Source: an uncultured Chloroflexota bacterium (GTDB taxonomy: Bacteria; Chloroflexota; UBA11872). From it: a stretch of DNA of 64,000 nt. The stretch's first letter is position 1, and each line of letters opens with the position of its first letter. The stretch covers positions 71,130 through 135,129 of the forward strand of contig CAYRCL010000055.1 in the NCBI GenBank assembly GCA_964422795.1, read 5' to 3'. The position numbers and the translations under genes were made by a program. This document shows positions 8,183 to 17,035 of the stretch, piece by piece. The notes beneath the pieces are model-generated. The model was not told where the DNA came from. It searched no databases and saw only the letters and a list, made by a program, of their open reading frames with translations.

Positions 8183-9006
8183 GCGCTCACGCCGTCGCCT
8201 TGGCGGCGGCACGTAAAGCCCTGTCGATTCGATCTCCGATCGTGTTCATCCATATGGTGAGTGCTCGAGGCCTGTTGAGCGGCGATCCGGGTTTACGCGC
8301 GATCTATACGGATTGTGACGGACTGTCGGAGGATGTGGTTAACGCACCAATCGACACGGCTCTCACGCGAAAAGCAGCCAGTGTTCTGACTTCTGGTCAT
8401 CCACGAACAGTGACGCTTGGACCCGATGGTCGCGAGACCACAAGCCGTGAAACTGTCTATGTTCGGTTTTTTCTAGACCCTGTCTTATCGACGCCTCGCC
8501 TCCTTATTGTTGGAGCTGGTCATATCGCACAACCCTTGGCCTGTTTGTCGTCGATTGTTGGATTTGAAACGGTCGTTGTTGATGAACGAGCAGATTTTGC
8601 GAACAGCGATCGATTTCCCACCGCTGATCTTGTGCAAGCGTGTTCGATCGAAACATTTCTCGGTGACTTCGAGGTTGATGACCAGACCTTTGTTGTGCTT
8701 GTGACCCGAGCCCATCGATTTGATGAATCTGCTCTACGGATCTTGCTGCATTCGGCAGCTCCGTACATCGGGATGATCGGAAGTCGAAGACGTGTTCATG
8801 TTGTCTACAGAAACTTGCGTAAAGAGGGTTTTTCCTCGGATCAGTTCGCGAACGTGTACGCCCCGATTGGCCTGGATATCGGTGCGAAGTCGCCATCTGA
8901 GATTGCGCTTGCAATCATGGCTGAAATCGTTGACATACGTCGTCAGGGCCATGGCCTACACCTTTCGCTTGCCGACTTTCGTGTAGATCAGGCCGGAGAT
9001 AATTAG
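8179..9006 (+). CDS. XdhC-family molybdenum-cofactor insertion/accessory protein with a Rossmann-like C-domain
   Basis: LLIVGAGHIAQPLA...VVVDERADFAN...YIGMIGSRRRV...PIGLDIGAKSPSEIALAIMAEIV is the XdhC_C fold. It has its own degenerate N-domain. Confidence 0.75.
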   Translation: MSAHAVALAAARKALSIRSPIVFIHMVSARGLLSGDPGLRAIYTDCDGLSEDVVNAPIDTALTRKAASVLTSGHPRTVTLGPDGRETTSRETVYVRFFLDPVLSTPRLLIVGAGHIAQPLACLSSIVGFETVVVDERADFANSDRFPTADLVQACSIETFLGDFEVDDQTFVVLVTRAHRFDESALRILLHSAAPYIGMIGSRRRVHVVYRNLRKEGFSSDQFANVYAPIGLDIGAKSPSEIALAIMAEIVDIRRQGHGLHLSLADFRVDQAGDN

Positions 9007-9089
9007 CCGAGGGTTTTCGTCAATAGCCCTGCGGTGGGTTGGGGTGTGCAAAGATGAATCGGTGTTGTGATGAAGATGGAGGATTTTGA

Positions 9090-9284
9090 ATGGCTACTTA
9101 CGAATGTGCAGCGTGTGGGATGTCAGCCGATATCACATGTGGCCAGTGTGGTGATCCTTTGGTTAACGACGCTATCGAGACAGACGACGGTTCGTCAGTA
9201 CAGGTGTCCAAATGTCCAAATGGGCATGGGAAGATTAAATCTCCGTCATGTTGTGGCAATGAGATGGCCTGTTCAGTGGCGTAA
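9090..9284 (+). CDS. Small cysteine-rich protein, putative metal-binding
   Basis: 64 aa with 9 Cys arranged CAACG..CGQCG..CPNGH..CCG..C. Strong SD (GGAGG) 8 nt upstream of the ATG. Confidence 0.5.
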   Translation: MATYECAACGMSADITCGQCGDPLVNDAIETDDGSSVQVSKCPNGHGKIKSPSCCGNEMACSVA

Positions 9285-9352
9285 GGACTGTTCAGTTCTT
9301 GCACCGGTAAGTTCTTTGAACTAAGGACGTTGGTGCGAGAGGAGCACGCGTC

Positions 9353-9646
9353 ATGCCCAAGGCGTACGTCATAGTGCACTACACGTTTCTTGATTCGGAG
9401 GCATTCACGTCTGACTACGCATCGAAGGTAGAAGGAACCATTGTGGCCTCGGGTGGTCGTTTTCTGGTTCGTGGCAATGAGGTCGTGTATGGCGAAGGGG
9501 AGGCGCACGCGGACTTACACGTGGTTGTGGAATTTCCTAGCCGTGAAGCAGCGTTAACCTGGAAAACGAGCGATGCGTATCAGGCTATCGAGCAAGCGCG
9601 TACGAAAAATGCGAAGGGTCCGTTCATAATTATTGACGGTGTGTAG
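9353..9646 (+). CDS. DUF1330 domain protein
   Basis: 97-aa product with a DUF1330-like pattern (YVIVHYTFLD...GGRFLVRGNEVVYGEGE...VVVEFPSREAALTWKTS..Y). SD GAGGAG upstream. Confidence 0.6.
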   Translation: MPKAYVIVHYTFLDSEAFTSDYASKVEGTIVASGGRFLVRGNEVVYGEGEAHADLHVVVEFPSREAALTWKTSDAYQAIEQARTKNAKGPFIIIDGV

Positions 9647-9730
9647 ATCGTGCTAAGGCTTATTACCTCCATCCTGTCACGACGGTGCGTAGATCGTGCG
9701 CTAAGGCTTTTTATCTCCATCCTTTCACGA
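9641..9730. repeat. Imperfect tandem direct repeat, 2 units of ~44 bp, starting at the DUF1330 stop codon
   Basis: Unit 1 is GTGTAGATCGTGCTAAGGCTTATTACCTCCATCCTGTCACGA. Unit 2 is GTGCGTAGATCGTGCGCTAAGGCTTTTTATCTCCATCCTTTCACGA. Confidence 0.8.
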
Positions 9731-9859
9731 GGGGGTTAGAGCGGTATCTATTCGAGGGTTGTCCGAAACAATAGGTGTAAGACCTTTTACAATCGGGTAT
9801 CCAAGATAGTCGCACTGGTGGGTATCTCTCGGTATCGCTACGCAGGAAGTCTGGCTCAT

Positions 9860-10306
9860 ATGGGAACTCTACGAGACGTGTTTTCGATTCCGTCTACCGT
9901 TGATAACACCACCACACGGACGGTGGCTGGTCTGGTTTCGATTCTTGCGCTAGTCACACTCGTTCTAGCGATCACGGGTAGTGGGATCGGGGGCTGGTTT
10001 ATGCTGGCTTTGGTTGGTGGGTATACGGGCCGTGTTCTTACAGGGACTACCCTGTGTCCCTTTTCGCATCTTACGATGCGCGTGATTCTTCCAATGGTGA
10101 AGTGGCCGCAACAACATGTAGACGGCCCGCCCAAGCGTTTTGCGCAGACGATCGGGCTTACCCTGACGGTCGCAGCCACACTACTTAATTTAGTGAATCC
10201 CACCGTTGCCATCATCCTTATCGGTGTTGTACTGGTCTGCGAACTTCTCGAGGCGGTCGTCGGGTTTTGTGTTGGATGCTTTGTATATGCGCAGTTCAAT
10301 GGGTGA
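9860..10306 (+). CDS. DUF4395-like integral membrane protein
   Basis: Four predicted TM helices and conserved Cys pairs (LCPFSHL; GFCVGCFVY). An alternative GTG start lies at 9818. Confidence 0.5.
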   Translation: MGTLRDVFSIPSTVDNTTTRTVAGLVSILALVTLVLAITGSGIGGWFMLALVGGYTGRVLTGTTLCPFSHLTMRVILPMVKWPQQHVDGPPKRFAQTIGLTLTVAATLLNLVNPTVAIILIGVVLVCELLEAVVGFCVGCFVYAQFNG

Positions 10307-10437
10307 TCGCAAAAAAGGACACTGGCTTGTCGCTTCATATCTCGAGTGGGATAGCGAATCGTTTTGGTCTCTCGTGGTCCAAGAAACTACCGGAGTCATA
10401 GAGGGAGCTTAGGTCGGGGCTTCGTACACTGACTGGT

Positions 10438-13116
10438 ATGGCTACGGCACAACGACCGCGACTTATCGTACTTGACTCGATGTCGTTGATTCATCGTGCC
10501 TATCACGCGGTGCCGCGCAATTTCGCGACGTCAAGTGGTGAGCTCACGAATGCCGTTTTCGGTTTTGCGAACATGGTGCTTCGTATTGTGGACGAGATCG
10601 AGCCCGACTACGCGGTTGCGGCCTTTGATCTGCCGGGCCCGACGTTCCGGGATGAACTTTACGACGAGTACAAGGCGAATCGCCCGGCACCGGACGAGGA
10701 ACTCATTCCACAGTTCGGTCGTGTGCGCCAGCTGGTGGCGGCCTTAGGTATACCAATCTTTGAACTGGCCTCGTACGAAGCTGATGACATGCTGGGAACG
10801 ATCGGGCGCCAGGCAGAAGCTGAAGGATTCGATGTTTGGTTGGTTACTGGCGATCGTGACGCATTTCAGTTAATTACTCCCCATATGCGGGTACTTAGCA
10901 CCAATCCTCGGACGGGTGATCCGATGGTTTATGACGAAGCGGCGGTAAAGGATCGGTGGGGTATTGAACCAGCACAGGTGATCGACTTCAAAGGACTTTT
11001 AGGTGATACCTCGGACAACATTCCTGGGGTAAAGGGGGTAGGCGAAAAGACAGCGGCGCAGCTTCTCTCGAGTTATGTAGACATCGAAGATATTTATGCG
11101 AACTTGGATGATTTAAGACCAGCAGTGAGGCGGAAGCTTGAAGGGCAAAGGGAAGTGGCCCAGCTCTCGCGTAACTTGGCAACGATCGTGTGCGATGCGC
11201 CGGTCACCTTCGATCCTAATCGAGCACGTCTCTGGCAAGCGAATACTGAAGCACTGCATAAGCTCTTGCGGGAGCTGCAGTTTCGCAATCTTGCGGATCG
11301 GATGACCTTTCTCGACGAATCGGCGATCACACTAGATGTCGATGTTCCACATGTTGTGCCGAAGATTATCGATAACGCCGATGACGCTCAGGATCTTGGC
11401 GAGCAACTGATGGTTGCGGATCGGGTTGGGGTGTTCGGATATCTTCGCCCGTCGTTGTGGAGTGTCGAGTTGCTTGGACTTGCTATTGCATGGGATGAGC
11501 GCAGTGCGTATGTACCGATCGTGAATGCTCCAGTGGTGCTTGAGGGATTACGCTCCTGGATCGAGCACGAATCACCGACGAAGGTCACGTTTGATTCAAA
11601 GCTCCTATATCGGGCAATGGCCAGCTGCGGTTTTTCTCTCCGCGGAATAGCGGACGATCTTTTTTTGGCGTCATATATCGCGACACCGAATGCTATTCCT
11701 AAATCGTTGGATGATCTTGTGTTTCGGCGTCTTGGCTTTGAACCCACGAAGCCGATCCCTGATCCGCCGCCGATCGGGGGATTGGAGCATCCAGATCCTC
11801 TTGAGGTGGCTGCTCCGATAGCGTTGCGTGCTGTTTTGCTTCTTGGTCTTGCTGATGAACTCGGAGATGAACTCAAAGATCTCGCGTTAACAAAGTTGGT
11901 GCAAGATGTGGAATTGCCGATTGCTCGAATTCTCGGTGATATGGAGCGATGTGGAATAACGCTTGACGGTGCGGCGCTGTCGGACTTATCGAAGGCTATG
12001 GCTACCGAGCTCGTCGATCTCACGTCGTTGATACACGCTGATGTAGGCCACGAATTCAATATCAACTCCCCGAAGCAGCTTGGATTGGTGCTGTTCGAAG
12101 AACTGGGGCTTCCGGCTGGACGGAAAACGAAAACGGGCTACTCGACCGCGAGCGGCGTACTTGAAAACCTAGTGGATGTGCATCCTGTTGTATCGCGGAT
12201 TCTCGAATATCGAGCGCTCAGCAAGCTTCAATCTACATATATTGAGGCATTGCCGAAACTCGTGAATCCGATTACCGGTCGTGTTCATACGACCTTCAAT
12301 CAGGCGGGTACAACTACTGGGCGTCTCTCGTCGTCGAATCCTAATCTGCAAAACATCCCAACCCGCACCGCGCGTGGACGTGAGATTCGACGCGCGTTTG
12401 TGGCGCATGATCTGGATTGGTCGTTACTTGCGATTGATTATTCGCAGATCGATCTACGAGTGCTTGCACACATCAGCGAAGATCCGACGATGTGTGAAGC
12501 TTTTGCTGAGGGACAGGACATTCATACTGCAACGGCAGCACGGCTTCATGATGTGTCCTTATCTAGAGTCACGGACGAGATGCGACGTTTAGCAAAAACG
12601 ACAAACTTTGGCATCGTCTATGGAATTAGCGCACAAGGCTTGGCCGCCAGGACAGAACTGTCGGTGCAAGAGGCAAAGCGATTTATCGAGAATTACTTCT
12701 TGACTTACCCAGGTGTGAAAACTTATATGGACGCTACGATTGCTCGGGCTCACGCCTGCGGATATGTCGAAACGTTGTTTAATCGGCGTCGATATCTTCC
12801 CGAACTGAATTCGCGCGCTTTTCATGAGCGGGCATCTGCTGAACGGATGGCAATCAACATGCCTATCCAAGGTACAACTGCGGATATCATGAAAGTGGCG
12901 ATGATCCTGATTGATAAGACACTCGCAGCAAAGCAGCTGCGTGGTCGCATGCTTTTGCAGGTTCATGATGATCTCTTGTTCGAGGTTCCGACGGAGGAAC
13001 TCGGCGATTTCGCCCGTCTCGCCTGCCAACAGATGACGGGTGCTGTTGAGCTACAAGTCCCTCTTGTAGTTGATGCGAAGGCCGGTCCGAACTGGCGTGA
13101 CTTGCAGGGTTTGTAG
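10438..13116 (+). CDS. polA: DNA polymerase I
   Basis: 5'-3' exonuclease/FEN N-terminus (LIVLDSMSLIHRAYHA), pol motifs A/B/C (DYSQIDLRVLAH; RRLAKTTNFGIVYGIS; QVHDDLLFE). The 3'-5' exo motifs look degenerate. Confidence 0.95.
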   Translation: MATAQRPRLIVLDSMSLIHRAYHAVPRNFATSSGELTNAVFGFANMVLRIVDEIEPDYAVAAFDLPGPTFRDELYDEYKANRPAPDEELIPQFGRVRQLVAALGIPIFELASYEADDMLGTIGRQAEAEGFDVWLVTGDRDAFQLITPHMRVLSTNPRTGDPMVYDEAAVKDRWGIEPAQVIDFKGLLGDTSDNIPGVKGVGEKTAAQLLSSYVDIEDIYANLDDLRPAVRRKLEGQREVAQLSRNLATIVCDAPVTFDPNRARLWQANTEALHKLLRELQFRNLADRMTFLDESAITLDVDVPHVVPKIIDNADDAQDLGEQLMVADRVGVFGYLRPSLWSVELLGLAIAWDERSAYVPIVNAPVVLEGLRSWIEHESPTKVTFDSKLLYRAMASCGFSLRGIADDLFLASYIATPNAIPKSLDDLVFRRLGFEPTKPIPDPPPIGGLEHPDPLEVAAPIALRAVLLLGLADELGDELKDLALTKLVQDVELPIARILGDMERCGITLDGAALSDLSKAMATELVDLTSLIHADVGHEFNINSPKQLGLVLFEELGLPAGRKTKTGYSTASGVLENLVDVHPVVSRILEYRALSKLQSTYIEALPKLVNPITGRVHTTFNQAGTTTGRLSSSNPNLQNIPTRTARGREIRRAFVAHDLDWSLLAIDYSQIDLRVLAHISEDPTMCEAFAEGQDIHTATAARLHDVSLSRVTDEMRRLAKTTNFGIVYGISAQGLAARTELSVQEAKRFIENYFLTYPGVKTYMDATIARAHACGYVETLFNRRRYLPELNSRAFHERASAERMAINMPIQGTTADIMKVAMILIDKTLAAKQLRGRMLLQVHDDLLFEVPTEELGDFARLACQQMTGAVELQVPLVVDAKAGPNWRDLQGL

Positions 13117-13331
13117 CCAATCATTCAGATAGGCGGAGATTGGATGGTTCTTGTGCAGATGGGCCATAGACGCTTCTAAATAGCCCTCTTGGCTTCAACA
13201 CGTGCCATACTTATCTATTCCTTTCCATATGCGCCCACGTACATTCGGAAATCCCGTATATCTCGGGTAATTGCGAACCTTACACGGTCGATGAACCGGC
13301 TGGCTTTGTCCGGGCGGATCCGAAAACCCTG

Positions 13332-14279
13332 ATGAGGGTGACAATCGTGTACGGCTTTCTTGGAGCTGGAAAGACTACGCTACTGCGATCCCTCGTTCCA
13401 CGGCTATCGGCCATCGAGTCCACAGCTCTGCTGGTCAATGAGTTTGGGGCGGAGGGTGTTGATCAGGTTGTTCTTGCAACTGAGGATGTGACTATTCGAG
13501 AATTGGTAGGCGGTTGTGTGTGTTGCGAAGTGCGTGGTGAGCTGCTCCTTGCTCTTGACCAGATCCGAGAGACGGTTAACCCTGATCGCCTTGTGATTGA
13601 GCCTACCGGCCTCGCGTCGCCGGAAATGCTGGCGAATGTGTTCGGAGTCCCGTCGGTGCAGTCCATCGCATCGGTGGATTCGATTATTACGGTGCTCGAC
13701 GCTACTAAGTTCGCTTTAGTCAGGGACAACTTGGGTGAATTTTATCCGCGTCAAGTACGTGAAGCTGACCTGGTGCTGATCAACAAGGTGGATGTGGCGA
13801 CCATGGATCAATTGATAGAAGCGCAGGCGTGGGTGCGTGGACTCAATCCTGCTGCCACGATGGTTAATACGTCCTTCTGCGACGTTGAACCCGATGTGGT
13901 TGTGGCGGCGATTCGTCAAGGTAAGACACGGGTGCTCCGCGATGGGTTGGAAGATGGCGGAGCCGGCGACGCGCATGATGGATTGTCGGAGTTGGGGCTC
14001 CAACGGGTGGTGCTGGATACATCCAAGATGTTTGGGTTGGTTGTTGAGCCGTTTGTTCGAGCCTTAGCGGATGGGGCTTATGGCGAGGTGGTACGGGCCA
14101 AGGGGTTTTTGCCTGCGGGCGAAGGTTCGAATTTGGTGGATGTCGTTCTCGGGGATTGGGACATTCGACCCTTCGGTCCGGCACCACTACACATCGATGT
14201 CATTGGACGAAATTTAAGACTGTATGAAATGGAGCAGGAACTTACGCATGGCAGTACAGAGTTCACGCGGGCGACGTAG
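13332..14279 (+). CDS. COG0523/CobW-family GTPase metallochaperone
   Basis: P-loop GFLGAGKTTLL, metal-binding CVCCEV motif, and a CobW C-terminal domain. Confidence 0.85.
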   Translation: MRVTIVYGFLGAGKTTLLRSLVPRLSAIESTALLVNEFGAEGVDQVVLATEDVTIRELVGGCVCCEVRGELLLALDQIRETVNPDRLVIEPTGLASPEMLANVFGVPSVQSIASVDSIITVLDATKFALVRDNLGEFYPRQVREADLVLINKVDVATMDQLIEAQAWVRGLNPAATMVNTSFCDVEPDVVVAAIRQGKTRVLRDGLEDGGAGDAHDGLSELGLQRVVLDTSKMFGLVVEPFVRALADGAYGEVVRAKGFLPAGEGSNLVDVVLGDWDIRPFGPAPLHIDVIGRNLRLYEMEQELTHGSTEFTRAT

Positions 14280-14832
14280 CCGACAGTCATCGACCGCAAG
14301 GTCAAAGGCTGCGACGAAAAGCTCAAGCGCTACGTCGGTCGCGTTAGATGACAAGGCAATATCCCACGACGCTCACCATCGCATGATTGCTCGCAACACT
14401 AATGCGTTGCTTGAGAATTTTGGCGAATTACGGAAACAAGTTGTGGCGATGGACCACGACTACAAGCGTGGTGGGGAGAATTCCGATCAGACCGTTTTTC
14501 CGTTGCGAAAACAGCTCGAAGACTTTGAGCAACGATTGACAAAGTTTATTGAGGAAATGACACAGGTCGCATTTGAATCCAATCTGAAGATTCGTGGAAA
14601 CTCAGATCAGATTTCGGCGCTGTGGGATGCGCTGGAGACCGTAACGACTGATACCGATGAAGTGAAGCGCCAGCGCAAAGAGGTCGAGACGCGAGAAGAA
14701 GTTCGGCAGGCCGACATTGACCGACGACTTGAGGAGCTTTCCGGTAAACGAAAACAGAGGGCTCCAGCTAAGGCTCGGCCACGGCGATCTGCAGCCCGTA
14801 AATCAACACGAAAGGGCACTAATAGTGCGTGA
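14248..14832 (+). CDS. Hypothetical coiled-coil protein with basic N- and C-terminal tails
   Basis: Central heptad-like region (LRKQLEDFEQRLTKFIEEM...) with Arg/Lys/Ser-rich termini. ATG at 14248 was chosen to minimise overlap with cobW; the track ORF starts at 14224. Confidence 0.5.
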   Translation: MAVQSSRGRRSRQSSTARSKAATKSSSATSVALDDKAISHDAHHRMIARNTNALLENFGELRKQVVAMDHDYKRGGENSDQTVFPLRKQLEDFEQRLTKFIEEMTQVAFESNLKIRGNSDQISALWDALETVTTDTDEVKRQRKEVETREEVRQADIDRRLEELSGKRKQRAPAKARPRRSAARKSTRKGTNSA

Positions 14833-15583
14833 GATTTCTCCTATTCCTGAAGACATTGAGTTTGAGACGAATGGATCAGTTGCATCTAATGACCAGAGCC
14901 TCCGATTGTTGGTTGATGAACTGAAGGAAGCGATTACTGCTGAGCGACCGGGCGAACGAGGTTTGACGACTTCGGTTCGTGAGCTTGTGAAGGCTCTTGG
15001 AGTTCGGTCGTCTGAGTCTGTTGGCGGAGGTCCCAAACTGAGGTTGGGCGTGTTCGTTGATACTGCGAACGTCAGTGATCGTGATCCGGACGATCCAATT
15101 AGAATTGATTTCACTAAGCTCCTTGACCATGTGACGGCTGATCGTCGGTTGATTCATGCCCGAGCCTACTGCCCGATCTATGCGGACTTTGCAGGTCGGT
15201 TGGAGCACCAACGGTCTGTTGCCCCTGTGTGGGGCAAGGGATACGACGTTGTTACAAAGCCGATCAAAGTGTTTTCTGACGGTACACGAAAGGCTGATTT
15301 GGACATAGTGTTAGTCATGGACGTAATCCGTCGCGTGCCGACAATGGATGTTGTTGCATTGGTTTCTGGCGATGGTGACTACGTGCCGATGGTCGATTTT
15401 CTTCGCGAGCATGGGCTGCGTGTAGAGACTTATTCGTTCGCGGATGCAATTTCTGAGGAGTTACGTGTGTCGGCCAACGACTGGATTGATCTATCGGCTG
15501 CCAAGAGGCTACATGTCCGCTCAAGCGGTGCCCGCCGTACCTCCTCACGGACGGGACGGACACGTGTGGCGGTTAAGTCGTGA
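14825..15583 (+). CDS. NYN-domain (LabA/DUF88-like, PIN-like nuclease fold) protein
   Basis: NYN core motifs RLGVFVDTANV, ADLDIVLVMDVI and VALVSGDGDYVPMVDFLREHG. The start is uncertain: GTG 14825, GTG ~14985, or upstream TTG 14717. Confidence 0.65.
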   Translation: MREISPIPEDIEFETNGSVASNDQSLRLLVDELKEAITAERPGERGLTTSVRELVKALGVRSSESVGGGPKLRLGVFVDTANVSDRDPDDPIRIDFTKLLDHVTADRRLIHARAYCPIYADFAGRLEHQRSVAPVWGKGYDVVTKPIKVFSDGTRKADLDIVLVMDVIRRVPTMDVVALVSGDGDYVPMVDFLREHGLRVETYSFADAISEELRVSANDWIDLSAAKRLHVRSSGARRTSSRTGRTRVAVKS

Positions 15584-15602
15584 TCTGGATTCGGATCGAT
15601 CA

Positions 15603-15779
15603 TTGAGCTCGCGACGAAGGGCTCGTAGGCGTACGGGCGGTGGTCCGATCCATCGTTCACCGCTGCAATCCGTTCGTCGTTGGGTGACGCTATCGCGAGT
15701 TTGGTCGGTTTTAGCCGTTCTGGCTGTTCTGGTGATGATTGCTTCACTCATTGCGCCTGCTTTGACCTACGGGATGTAA
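15603..15779 (+). CDS. Possible small tail-anchored membrane protein (Arg-rich N-terminus, C-terminal TM helix)
   Basis: Frame stays open past the NYN stop. TTG 15603 gives MSSRRRARRRTGGGPIHRSPLQSVRRWVTLSRVWSVLAVLAVLVMIASLIAPALTYGM. Stop TAA sits 3 nt before the S2P ATG. Speculative. Confidence 0.3.
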   Translation: MSSRRRARRRTGGGPIHRSPLQSVRRWVTLSRVWSVLAVLAVLVMIASLIAPALTYGM

Positions 15780-15782
15780 GCG

Positions 15783-16961
15783 ATGGGTTTGCCGCGCTCT
15801 TCACAGGAGCAGCGACGCCGCGGTTGGTTCGGTCCGTGGCGAATCTGTACGATTGGTGGGACGGATGTCAGCGTTGATGCCAGCTGGCTCATTGTCTTCG
15901 TGTTCGTGACTTGGACTACTGCGAACTCGATAATCCCAGCTCGAATGTTCACTGAATGGATGAGAACCGGGACTTCCGTGGATGTGCCGTCTTATGGAAT
16001 CTGGGTTGGGGGGGTTATCACCAGCCTGTTGTTCTTTGCTTCGATCTTGGGGCATGAAGCTGCCCACGCTGTGGCAGCAGTGAGATCTGGAATTCCGGTC
16101 CGACGCATCCGTCTCTTCATCTTTGGCGGCGTCGCCGAAATCGAGAGTGAACCGGATCGCCCCAGCCAAGAATTCTTCATCACAGTCGTTGGTCCTTTGG
16201 CTAGCGCCACACTTGGTGTTCTGTTTATTGCGCTTGCCAACAATCTGCCTGTGGCATCGATGCCACGGGTTACGGCGCAATGGTTGGGCGAGATGAATCT
16301 GATATTGGCTGTTTTCAACATGCTTCCCGGATTTCCATTAGATGGTGGGCGCATTCTGCGTTCGATTGTTTGGGCGGCATCGGGAAAATTCCTGCGTGGA
16401 ACACAGGTTGCTAGCTTCATGGGATCTGTGTTGGGGTTGGCACTAATGGTTCTTGGGGTAGCGCAGGTTACGGTTATTGAAGCGGCTCGGGTGCAGCCGT
16501 TTTGGACGATCTTTGTTGGCTGGTTCCTTTGGTCAGCAGCTCGCGATAGTTATCGAGATGCGCAGCGCCGGGAGCGCGTCGTGGGTTTACAGGTTCGCGA
16601 CATTCTCCGGGCAGAGGCCGGTGCTGTGCCTGATGACGGCAGTGTTCAGGAACTTGTTGACCGTGGGTTGTATCAGGATGGTTTTGGGTTACGTCCCGTC
16701 GTCAGCGCGTCGGGGAGCCTGCTGGGAACGTTGACTAATGACGATGTGGACAAAGTCCCGATGGGTCAGCGTGCACAGACTTTGATTCGTGATATTGCAT
16801 GTCCCGTCAAAGCTTCTGTGGTTATTTCTGCCGACGATTCAGTGGAGCACGTGCTTGCGAAGGCCATCCGGATCCGTTGCGGCAGCTTTTTCGTAATAGA
16901 GAATGGGCGTTTGATTGGCCGCGTTGACGCTGGCGACTGGCTTAAGTTCTCGCGGACATAG
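15783..16961 (+). CDS. Site-2 protease (peptidase M50) with a C-terminal CBS-domain pair
   Basis: HEAAHAV zinc motif within TM helices, then LPGFPLDGGR (the LDG motif), and tandem CBS-like domains in the C-terminal half. Confidence 0.85.
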   Translation: MGLPRSSQEQRRRGWFGPWRICTIGGTDVSVDASWLIVFVFVTWTTANSIIPARMFTEWMRTGTSVDVPSYGIWVGGVITSLLFFASILGHEAAHAVAAVRSGIPVRRIRLFIFGGVAEIESEPDRPSQEFFITVVGPLASATLGVLFIALANNLPVASMPRVTAQWLGEMNLILAVFNMLPGFPLDGGRILRSIVWAASGKFLRGTQVASFMGSVLGLALMVLGVAQVTVIEAARVQPFWTIFVGWFLWSAARDSYRDAQRRERVVGLQVRDILRAEAGAVPDDGSVQELVDRGLYQDGFGLRPVVSASGSLLGTLTNDDVDKVPMGQRAQTLIRDIACPVKASVVISADDSVEHVLAKAIRIRCGSFFVIENGRLIGRVDAGDWLKFSRT

Positions 16962-17035
16962 GGACGGGCGCTGAGGAATGCCCCCGATGTCCACTATCAT
17001 CGGGATAGATCGTTATACACCGCGAGATTCTTCTA

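Noticed and set aside
9641-9730. CRISPR array
   Set aside because: It has only two imperfect repeat units with no spacer-like unique sequence between them, and no cas genes in the window.
14717-14824. Upstream extension of NYN protein 1 to the TTG at 14717
   Set aside because: It overlaps the coiled-coil gene by more than 100 nt in another frame, and the NYN core begins near 15040. A shorter start (GTG 14825 or ~14985) is more plausible.
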